This document shows positions 52,079 to 60,094 of a stretch of 64,000 nucleotides of DNA, in pieces; the first letter of the stretch is position 1, and every line of letters begins with the position of its first letter. The position numbers were made by a program, and so were the translations under genes. Under the pieces are notes generated by a model. It searched no databases. It was not told where the DNA came from and saw only the letters and a list, made by a program, of their open reading frames with translations. The DNA comes from an uncultured Nitrososphaerota archaeon (GTDB lineage Archaea; Thermoproteota; Nitrososphaeria; Nitrososphaerales; CADDZS01), in contig CAWCYI010000006.1 of the NCBI GenBank assembly GCA_963799845.1, positions 64,001 through 128,000 of the forward strand, in the 5' to 3' direction.

Positions 52079-52354
52079 CTAGTTGATTGATTTCCGTTCT
52101 CTATTCCATAAACGGATACAAACCCTAGAATATTCTCTAGTTAGTCGTTCAGTCGTTGTAGGATACATTTCAAAAATTAATCGACTGACTTGTTTCAAAT
52201 CCTGTTTGTTATACTCGTTCAGAGATTTGAAACTCTGTTTTTTCATTTCTTCAACTATCGATTGAATAATTACAGATCGTCTTTTCGAGGTAGCAGGAAT
52301 GAAAGTTACTTCTAATTCCGATATATTTCCTTCGTAATTAACGCCTTTTTGCAT
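52079..52354 (-). CDS. Hypothetical protein, first gene of the leftward operon
   Basis: 91 aa, divergent from the wHTH gene. Confidence 0.6.
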   Translation of the reverse strand: MQKGVNYEGNISELEVTFIPATSKRRSVIIQSIVEEMKKQSFKSLNEYNKQDLKQVSRLIFEMYPTTTERLTREYSRVCIRLWNRERKSIN

Positions 52355-52417
52355 TACTTATCAGTAAACACAAATAGGTTTGAAATCCAATATCTGTTAA
52401 CCTGAGTCCGTTCTGAC

Positions 52418-52777
52418 ATGCGTAAATTTACAATGCGCCAACTTGACAATGGTCTTGAAGCAATTTTGATAGGCAGTCAAATATCGAACGCATTACAAAT
52501 AGAACCGCTTACTGTTCAGGAATTATCGGCATTAACTTATCATCCAGAATCCACCGTTTACAAACATCTTGCGAAACTGAATGAAGCGGGATATTTGGAA
52601 AAACATTTTGAAAATAGACAATGCTCTAATGGAGAAGGTCGAAAGTTTGCTGTTTATTCTTTGAAAGCGAAACCTATTGGATATATTCAGATAAACAAAT
52701 TCATGCTGAATAGACTAGAACGCAACTTGAGAAAAGAAGGTATCAATTGGAGTGTTCGAGAAACTAACTCAGGTTAA
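52418..52777 (+). CDS. Winged-HTH (ArsR/TrmB-like) protein, possibly the N-terminus of the integrase
   Basis: PLTVQELS...ESTVYKHLAKLNEAGYLE...GRKFAVYSL. Confidence 0.8.
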   Translation: MRKFTMRQLDNGLEAILIGSQISNALQIEPLTVQELSALTYHPESTVYKHLAKLNEAGYLEKHFENRQCSNGEGRKFAVYSLKAKPIGYIQINKFMLNRLERNLRKEGINWSVRETNSG

Positions 52778-53453
52778 TCAAGCGTGGCTTTGTGATTTCT
52801 CTTATCTTACTAGACGATTCGCCTATTCTGGAGTCTCTAACAGGAAATACAATCCTAATCCTTCTACGGAAGAATGGAGAGGACAATGGCATAAAACAGG
52901 TTCAAAGAAGAACCCTACATTTTATCCGAAATGGTCGAGATACAACTTTCGAGAGACTGAGAAATACGGTTCTCATAGAAATATTGCAATTTACGATAAA
53001 CCTATTCTCCTTTTTGCTATTCAGGATGCTTACAGTCGTTTCATTATCCATGCTCACTTAAGACAGTCTTCCAAAGAATTCGTAAACATGTCTCATACTT
53101 TCCCTAGATGGTTTGAGTTAGACGATTGTTTCAAAGAAGCGTTTGAATTTCAAAAACCATTGAAGAGACTAGGTAAACCGTTTGAGTTTCTTATGGATGG
53201 AATGATTCATAGATGGTATAGCAAAAAACTTGAAGGTAATTATTTCATTTCAAAAGCAGTAAAAGAAAAGAATCACTTTCTCTTATCTCCCTTAGACGCT
53301 TTCTTCGGAAGGATTCAAAACGAAATGAGAACCGAATTAACTAATAGAAATCTAACCAATTATGTTGATTACTACAATTACGAAAGACCTCATTCAGCAT
53401 TGAACGGAAAGACTCCAGCAGACTATTTCTTTTCGGGTAATGTCTTTTGGTAA
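52752..53453 (+). CDS. Divergent rve-superfamily integrase/transposase
   Basis: NQAWLCDF, IQDAYSRFII, FLMDG, PLDAFFGRIQNE, YYNYERPHSALNGKTP. Confidence 0.85.
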   Translation: MFEKLTQVNQAWLCDFSYLTRRFAYSGVSNRKYNPNPSTEEWRGQWHKTGSKKNPTFYPKWSRYNFRETEKYGSHRNIAIYDKPILLFAIQDAYSRFIIHAHLRQSSKEFVNMSHTFPRWFELDDCFKEAFEFQKPLKRLGKPFEFLMDGMIHRWYSKKLEGNYFISKAVKEKNHFLLSPLDAFFGRIQNEMRTELTNRNLTNYVDYYNYERPHSALNGKTPADYFFSGNVFW

Positions 53454-53456
53454 TCT

Positions 53457-53566
53457 ATTCTTTTAGGGCAGACGCGAAAGTGTGTGTGCATATTGGCACT
53501 CTCTCAGTCTCTCTTGGAGTCTCTTGGTCTCTCTGGGGCGCGCGGGCGCGTGAGTGGGGGGGGGGG
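53457..53566 (-). repeat. Right terminal inverted repeat (110 bp, G11 terminus)
   Basis: Reverse complement of 48007-48114. Confidence 0.97.
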
Positions 53567-53574
53567 TTTATAAA
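53567..53574 (+). promoter_or_regulatory. TATA box of mtnA and duplicated target site TTTATAAA (other copy at 47999-48006)
   Basis: Consensus archaeal TATA box 33 nt upstream of the ATG at 53608. Confidence 0.7.
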
Positions 53575-53607
53575 CCGAAGGCTGGTCTAACGAACCTGAG
53601 TTCGACA

Positions 53608-54751
53608 ATGGAAGGAAAACTGAACTTCTATGAACAAAGGACGATAAAATGGGATGAAAAGAAAAATTCTGTTGTAATGATAGATCAGACCTTACTGCCG
53701 GTAACGCTATCGTTTGTTGAATGTACCGACGTTTCACAAATAATTGATGCGATAAAAACCATGAAGGTCAGGGGTGCTCCTGCCATCGGTGTAACAGGGG
53801 CGATGGGAGTTGCACTGTCTGTTTTTGCTTCCGAATCTACAACCAAGAAAGATCTTCTTCGGGAGATTGAGCCCGATGTGATCGCTCTAAAGGCTGCAAG
53901 GCCAACCGCGATAAATCTCGCATGGGGAGTGGATAGGTCTGTCGATTATCTGAAAACTAAATTGCCGGAGCAGTTTGACCGGAATCTTCCCAGGCAAGAA
54001 CTGGTTGAATTTGTCAAAGATTTAGCAGATTATGACGTTGAAACCAACAAGAAACTATCTGATCTTGGTGCCAAGCTTTTCGTTCCGGCGACAGCGTACT
54101 GACTCACTGTAATTGAATTTCAGACGTTTCGAATGAAACCTTTGGATTCAGCAGATTGCAGGTGCGCTGGCAACAGTTGGATACGGAACTGCTCTGGGTG
54201 TTCTGAGATCAGTCGCAAACCAAGGTAAGACACTGAAAGTGTACGCGGCCGAGGCAAGGCCGGTACTTCAGGGAGCGAGATTAACAGCGTTTGAACTCAT
54301 TACTGACGGGTTCGACGTTACACTCATGCCCGACACTGCAATTGGGATCTCAATGCAAAGAGGAATGATAGACAGAGTAATCGTGGGAGCCGATCGCATA
54401 ACCAAGACTGGGCACGTCTTCAACAAAGTCGGGACATATCAGATTGCAGCCTTGGCGAAGAGACACAATGTCCCATTCTATGTCGCAGCTCCACTATCGA
54501 CTTTCGACTTTGAGACCAATTTGAAGGATGTAAAGATCGAGGAGCGCTCCCCGGACGAAGTGAGGAAAATGAGAGGTCAGCAGACGGCACCCGAAAACGT
54601 GCCAGTATTCAATCCAGCGTTCGACGTAACTCCTCCCGAGCTGATCACGGCGATCATTTGCGAAGAAGGAGTCCTAACAAAGCCATTCGCACCAAAAATT
54701 AATAGGTTAAAGAAAAAAGCGCTAAGACAGAAATTAGGGCCCGTAGCCTAG
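53608..54751 (+). CDS. mtnA: Methylthioribose-1-phosphate isomerase (eIF-2B-like), with a 44-nt intron and a probable 1-nt indel in the T-run at 54077-54080
   Basis: IDQTLLP, VRGAPAIG, ARPTAINL, LTHCN|AGALATVGYGTALG, EARPVLQGARLTAFEL, GADRI, NKVGT, NPAFDVTP; the joined product would be 366 aa. Confidence 0.88.
54113..54156 (+). other. Bulge-helix-bulge-type intron in mtnA mRNA
   Basis: Central helix CUGU/GCAG, bulges AAU and AUU, intron hairpin; canonical cuts restore the Asn codon AA|T. Confidence 0.8.
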
Positions 54752-54891
54752 CATGGAGCTAAGCGTAGACTCGCATCCGCGTGCATGAGATCCTGTTTTT
54801 GATCTGCATACATCAGGGCATCGTGTTTGCCTTCAACTAGCGTGCAAGCCTTCGGAGCCGGGGGTCGTGGGTTCGAATCCCACCGGGCCCG
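54737..54891 (+). tRNA. tRNA-Arg(TCG) with three introns (54757-54786 and 54787-54811 at 19/20; 54824-54847 at 29/30)
   Basis: Exons give GGGCCCGTAGCCTAGCATGG-ATCAGGGCATCG-GCCTTCGGAGCCGGGGGTCGTGGGTTCGAATCCCACCGGGCCCG (76 nt); each intron has a 4-bp helix with 3-nt bulges. Confidence 0.85.
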
Positions 54892-55040
54892 CTCATTTTG
54901 ACCAAGGTATCAACGGAGTTCTTTTCCTATCGTCTGGTATTGCCGTTTTCAATAATTGGTTATGCCCCGGAGTTGGGGAAATAGCATTCAGGGTTAAATC
55001 CCAAAAGCGATCTCATATTATGATTAGAGTTTAACCCATT

Positions 55041-55367
55041 ATGGAAACGTACAATCTGGTTCAATGTGTGGACTGGGGACTGAGCTCCTTCGGCGCAAAT
55101 ATGAAACAAGTCACATACTCGTTGTTCGCATCTCGGAAACGAATATCATCAAACGATATCTTATCTAATCCCGAGGAGTTTGTCAATGCTTTGAAAGATG
55201 TTTTCGGTCCTGGATACCCGCTAGCGGAACGCGCAATCGTGAAAGAAATAAAGAGCGAATTCGAGCTATTTTCTCCGTCCAAGTCAAACAGCCTTCTGGA
55301 CGTCCTGGAGAACGCGAAAAGCAAGATCGCCGAGATATCAGAGAACCCGAAGATCATCGTAAAATGA
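55041..55367 (+). CDS. Small helical protein (DUF3227-like), paralog 1
   Basis: VQCVDWGLSSFG...ILSNPEEFVNALKDVFGPG...ERAIVKEI. Confidence 0.7.
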   Translation: METYNLVQCVDWGLSSFGANMKQVTYSLFASRKRISSNDILSNPEEFVNALKDVFGPGYPLAERAIVKEIKSEFELFSPSKSNSLLDVLENAKSKIAEISENPKIIVK

Positions 55368-55909
55368 CATTTTGAATTTTATGAATCGTTCGCTCCATCA
55401 TAAACCTCTAAAATAAATTCATTCCTCCCTACGCTGAAAAGCTTCTTCTCACATTGTTGTCTCAGCAGTTACTATCATGATCTTAAGACTTTGGATGCAG
55501 TTCTTGGATATCCTGATAGTTTCGATTCCATCAAACGTGGGCGTTCGATACCGACACGATTTCAAAAGCCCCCTTTCTTTTCTTGCAAATTTGTCGATGA
55601 ATAAGGGACAAAGTCGGAGGATCGTCAGTCAAAAGCAGCTTATTGATCTACGATTATACTATCTGATCGCTCTCCAAAATTAGAACTTACCTGCAAATTT
55701 TAAAGTTAAGGAAGCAAAGTAGAGTAATAGACAAATGGCTTGATCATTCTCGGGTTTTTAACCAACCGAATGTATTCGAATTGCGATAGAGGGGTTTTTC
55801 GCGCTTTTCATTGCCGTTTTCAATAATTGATTGTACATCAAACTCGGGAAATATAACATTCAGGGTTAAATCCCACCATTGGCCTTGGCTAGGATTAGTC
55901 TAACCTCTC

Positions 55910-56347
55910 ATGGAAATGTCTGACCTAGTTCAATGCGTTGAGAAAGCGCTGAGTTCTTTCGGTATGAACATGAAGCAAGCCACATACTTCTCAATGGAAT
56001 CTCGAGAAGGAATGGGCTCAGACGAGATCTTATCGAATCCCGAAGCATTTATTCGCACGTTGAAAAATACATTTGGCCCAGGATATCAGCTTGCCGAACG
56101 CAGGATCGTAAAAGAAATAAACGCACTGTGCTCTCCATCCAAGTCATCCAATCTTCTTGACGCCTTGGAGATGGCGAAAGGCAAAATTACCGATTTCAGA
56201 GGCGATCGAGATTCTGCACAATTCATGAATTGGGCGGCAGCCAAGGGCCCAGAGCTGGACGCGGATGCTCAAGTGGCTCCAGTCGCTAATTTTGGTTCCG
56301 GGAACCTTACTGTAGCTTTTGTTCGACAGAAGAAAACTCAGAAATAA
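55910..56347 (+). CDS. Small helical protein (DUF3227-like), paralog 2
   Basis: Clearly similar to 55041-55367 over ~100 aa. Confidence 0.7.
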   Translation: MEMSDLVQCVEKALSSFGMNMKQATYFSMESREGMGSDEILSNPEAFIRTLKNTFGPGYQLAERRIVKEINALCSPSKSSNLLDALEMAKGKITDFRGDRDSAQFMNWAAAKGPELDADAQVAPVANFGSGNLTVAFVRQKKTQK

Positions 56348-56548
56348 GGAACTCAACTTTACATTAAACTGCTATTACTTCCTCGGCATTGATCCCGGAC
56401 CCCTAGTCGTGAGGCATCAACGGTGCTCACATAACAGGATCGAATGTGGCCTCATAGATATTCATCCAAGCCTTAACCGCTACGGCCGCTTTCATAGGTC
56501 TTATTCCCATAGTGCGAGTCCCGCAGGGCCCGCTCGACTTTATCCAAG

Positions 56549-57253
56549 TTAAATCAGCGACACTATTATGACTGCAATTATTCCAGTCAGAAAAACACCG
56601 TCAAAAGTGCCCGCTCCCCCAATACTAACGACGGGAGCTCCAAGATCTGTAATTGAACCTAGATTTGATAGATCGGCTCCAATCAACGCACCCATCGATC
56701 CAGAAACATACGCAATTACCGCCACTCCAGCACCTGGGTGGATCAACAGTGATATGATTGCAGCCGCCAAAGGAGGCAAGAACGCCGGTGTCTCTATTCC
56801 CTGGCCCTTCACTTTCCTTGCCATGAGATGCACGAGAATGGAAGTGACAACTACTCCGAGTAGAGCATAACCCGCAAGGGAGAAGTTTGTGATTAAAAGA
56901 TACGTCGAAACAAGTATTGGAACAACCGCGCCACCGACATTAACTGTAACCAAGGTAGAGATTCTAGCACACGCGGTTACCGGAACTCGGTAAGTGAGCC
57001 CATACATTCTGACTTCCCGATATCCGACGACCGGTGCGTCGCCCGACTCCCTTGTAACTGGAATATTGAGGAAGCTCCCAAAAAACGTCAAAATTAGAAT
57101 GATCCCGAACTCTGCTCTGCTGAACCCAATTTCTTCAAAAGCGGATTCAGTAACTCCTACAAACAGAAACACCAGGGTTAACACTAAGAGAGCCGCAAGC
57201 AGCATGAACAGAAAGCTCCCATGCTGCCTGTAGACTGGATAGTTTGATGACAA
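56549..57253 (-). CDS. DUF1614 family membrane protein
   Basis: GSFLNIPV, VNVGGAVVP, LIGADL, SIGGAGTFDGVFL. Confidence 0.85.
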   Translation of the reverse strand: MSSNYPVYRQHGSFLFMLLAALLVLTLVFLFVGVTESAFEEIGFSRAEFGIILILTFFGSFLNIPVTRESGDAPVVGYREVRMYGLTYRVPVTACARISTLVTVNVGGAVVPILVSTYLLITNFSLAGYALLGVVVTSILVHLMARKVKGQGIETPAFLPPLAAAIISLLIHPGAGVAVIAYVSGSMGALIGADLSNLGSITDLGAPVVSIGGAGTFDGVFLTGIIAVIIVSLI

Positions 57254-57489
57254 TCTGATCCCGTTCTCTTGAATTTCTAGAATTACAGGTAACGCATAGG
57301 ACGAACCAAGTCAAATTCCGGATCTGGCTAATTCATTTAAGATATTTGGATGAATGGTTGAATATTTCTGTAAGCTCGTCGGTGTCCCAAGTCATTTTTT
57401 TGATAAACAAAAGAAAGCTAATATTGTTTCAAGAAAGTCTCTTGGCAAATCCTCATATTTTATTTTGAACCGTCGAAGGAGTATACAAC

Positions 57490-58248
57490 TTGAACATGAA
57501 CAGATCAATTGAAATAATTCCTATCGGAGGCATTCGCGAGGTAGCCGACGGTCAGGACATTGGTCTGCTCATTCTGGATGCTTGCAAGAAAAATCACCTT
57601 TCAATCAAAGACGGGGATGTGATAGTTGTCACTCACAAGATCATTTCAAAGGCCGAGGGACGAGTCCTCGATCTTTCGAAAATAACTCCTAGCAGCTTCG
57701 CCAAGAAATCTGGGAAGCACATCGGTAAAGATCCGAGACAGGTCGAAGTCATACTGTCGGAGTCTCGCCGTCTAGTGAAAATGGTCAAGGGTTTGATCAT
57801 AGCCGAAACGCAGCAAGGATTTGTGTGCGCAAACGCCGGGGTAGACCAATCAAACGTTGACCTTGGTAAGATTGTTCTTCTTCCCGTAAAACCTGATGAA
57901 TCGGCTAGAAAAATCAGGGAGAAAGTAAATCAGTCGTTAAGAATCGATGTTGCCGTAATAATCTCCGACACCTTCGGCAGGCCTTGGAGAGAAGGACAGG
58001 TCGATGTAGCTATTGGTCTCTCGGGAATTGATCCCTTCGTTGACTACAGGGGAAAGACAGATCAGTACGGGTACAACCTGAAGGCCACGGTAATCTGTGT
58101 CGCCGACGAACTTGCTTCGGCTGCAGAACTTTGTATGAACAAGCTGGACAGAGTACCGGTTGCGATAATCCGGGGGTATCCATTTTCTCGAAAGGAAGTC
58201 TCAGCCAGGCTGATTGCGAGGAAACCAGCGCGAGATCTTTTCAGATAG
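57490..58248 (+). CDS. cofE: Coenzyme F420:L-glutamate ligase
   Basis: KIISKAEGR, CANAGVDQSN, SDTFGRPWREG, ADELASAA. Confidence 0.95.
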   Translation: MNMNRSIEIIPIGGIREVADGQDIGLLILDACKKNHLSIKDGDVIVVTHKIISKAEGRVLDLSKITPSSFAKKSGKHIGKDPRQVEVILSESRRLVKMVKGLIIAETQQGFVCANAGVDQSNVDLGKIVLLPVKPDESARKIREKVNQSLRIDVAVIISDTFGRPWREGQVDVAIGLSGIDPFVDYRGKTDQYGYNLKATVICVADELASAAELCMNKLDRVPVAIIRGYPFSRKEVSARLIARKPARDLFR

Positions 58249-59190
58249 TTGGGATTCTTGAGTAAGCGCATTGGGGTTCTTTGTGGAGGCTCCGGATCTT
58301 CGAAGTTTGCCTCCGCGATCGCGAAGCATTCAGGTGACAGCGTCGCTGTTGATTTGGGATTCATAGCCAATGTTGGAGACAATTTCTGGTATCATGGACT
58401 GCTCGTTTGTCCGGACATTGATATCATAACTTACGCCCTGTCCAATCAGCTGGACACAAAAAAAGGATGGGGAATGCAAAACGATGGATATCTTGCAAAA
58501 AATACGCTGTCCAAAACAGAAAGTCCCCCTGAGTGGTTCACCCTTGGAGATCGCGACCTTGCAATTTCTCTGAGAAGAACTGAGCTTCTCCGAAAGGGCT
58601 GGAGTCTGAGCTCCATAACGCGAAAATTGGTTACATCATTGGGTTCGAGTTTTCCCGTAATCCCCTCGACTGACGATCCCGTTCAAACATTTGTCAGGAC
58701 ACATGAAGGATCGATTCACCTGCAAGAATACTGGGTAAAAAACGGAGCTCGATTCGAAGCAGTCGGCGTCGAGTTTCTAGGCATCAAAAAAGCAAAGCCG
58801 ACCGATCAGTGTCTAGAATACTGCGATGGCCGAGCTCTAATCTGCCCAGGAAATCCGGTAACCAGCATTCTACCAACGTTAAGTTTGAAGGGAGTTGTCT
58901 CTCGTCTGAAAAAGTCGAAGGTGGTTGCCGTGAGTCCGTTTGTGGGGGACAAACCGTTCTCGGGCCCTGTAGGGAAAATGATGAGCGCCGTGGGTTTGGA
59001 GGCAAATAGCCTGGGAGTCGCAAAACTGTATTCTGAATTTCTAAACCTTCTTTTCGTGGATAGGAATGAAGATTCGGCCATCGTCTTGGAGATAAAGGGT
59101 CTGGGGATCGAATGTGTCAGAACAAACACCCGGATCGACAGCGAATCGGATGGGAAAACTATCGCGATGGAGTTAATGTCTGCACTTTGA
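58249..59190 (+). CDS. cofD: 2-phospho-L-lactate transferase
   Basis: GGSGSSKF, NVGD, CPDID, WFTLGDRD, HLQEYWV, PGNPVTSI. Confidence 0.93.
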   Translation: MGFLSKRIGVLCGGSGSSKFASAIAKHSGDSVAVDLGFIANVGDNFWYHGLLVCPDIDIITYALSNQLDTKKGWGMQNDGYLAKNTLSKTESPPEWFTLGDRDLAISLRRTELLRKGWSLSSITRKLVTSLGSSFPVIPSTDDPVQTFVRTHEGSIHLQEYWVKNGARFEAVGVEFLGIKKAKPTDQCLEYCDGRALICPGNPVTSILPTLSLKGVVSRLKKSKVVAVSPFVGDKPFSGPVGKMMSAVGLEANSLGVAKLYSEFLNLLFVDRNEDSAIVLEIKGLGIECVRTNTRIDSESDGKTIAMELMSAL

Positions 59191-59840
59191 CCGAGGCATA
59201 CTCGATCGTTCCGGTCAGAGAATTAGCCGATACCAAGATTCGATTGAGTTCTGTTCTTTCCCGGGATGAACGAGCCAGCCTAACCAAAGTCTTGCTGAAG
59301 CATGTCGTCTGTGCTTATCAGAAATCGGATGTAAAAGAAATTCTTGTTGTATCGCCGATTCCAGAGGAAATAACTCTATTCCTTCATGACTTCGGGAAGA
59401 TTAGGGCGGTCCGCGAATCTCGTCGCCGCGGAGGAGTAAACTCAGCGATGAATGACGGCATTGGAGAAATTCGCAAACTCCCAGGCGAATCGAAAATCCT
59501 GTTGATGCCGTCTGATCTGCCATTCCTATCAAGTGAAGTGATTAACAGGGGGATTCGCCTCTTAGATGAGTATGATTTGATTATCAACCCGTCTGAGAGG
59601 AAAGACGGAACAAATCTCCTGGCTTTCCGTCTATCGAAGATGATCCCTCTTCACTACGACGACGACAGTTTCTCAAAACACAAGAAGGAAGCGGAAAAAA
59701 GAAAACTGAAATTTCTCACAATCGACTGGAGAGAATTATCTTTCGATGTAGACGACCCAGATGACTTGATGTCTCTTATGCACGAACTAAACGCAACTTC
59801 CAACGAATCTTTGATCGATGTTCTCTCCAGATCTAGTTGA
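59187..59840 (+). CDS. cofC: 2-phospho-L-lactate guanylyltransferase
   Basis: IVPV...KIRLS, PSDLP, DGTN, FDVDDPDD. Confidence 0.88.
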   Translation: MTEAYSIVPVRELADTKIRLSSVLSRDERASLTKVLLKHVVCAYQKSDVKEILVVSPIPEEITLFLHDFGKIRAVRESRRRGGVNSAMNDGIGEIRKLPGESKILLMPSDLPFLSSEVINRGIRLLDEYDLIINPSERKDGTNLLAFRLSKMIPLHYDDDSFSKHKKEAEKRKLKFLTIDWRELSFDVDDPDDLMSLMHELNATSNESLIDVLSRSS

Positions 59841-60094
59841 TACGTCGAGTGCAAAAGAAATTTGCAGAGCAAAAGTCAAGCTGATATTAAGTGGCGAAAT
59901 CATTGCGAGGGATAAGCAGAAACTTGATCCTGAAAACGTAATTTCACGCAACTATTATTAACGAACTTTCGTGCATTTGACCTTACGCAACTTTTTGGAA
60001 GGGTCTCATTGCCTCTTTGTGGTGTTGATTTAGTGCCTGAACCTAGAGGATCAACTTTCTTTTGTGAGATCTCATAGGAGCAGACCTTTACTTC

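Larger units (their letters stand above)
48007..53566. mobile_element. Unclassified 5.56-kb TIR-bounded integrative element (4.29 kb without the nested IS) inserted in a TATA box
   Basis: Perfect TIRs, TTTATAAA on both sides, AT-rich interior, rve-type integrase, packed small ORFs. Confidence 0.9.

Noticed and set aside
48007-53566. Casposon, Polinton-like element or provirus
   Set aside because: No Cas1, family B polymerase, recognisable capsid protein, packaging ATPase or tyrosine recombinase; the ends are inverted repeats, not att direct repeats
48007-53566. Composite transposon mobilised by the IS3 copy
   Set aside because: The IS3 has its own IRs and CATG TSD and interrupts an internal gene, so it is a later passenger
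53504-53737. ORF 53504-53737(-) and the N-terminal extension of ORF 53554
   Set aside because: Both read through the G-run and TIR; the real mtnA start is the ATG at 53608
54070-54102. Programmed -1 frameshift in mtnA
   Set aside because: No canonical slippery heptamer; a T4/T5 homopolymer error is more likely given the other indels, though not formally excluded
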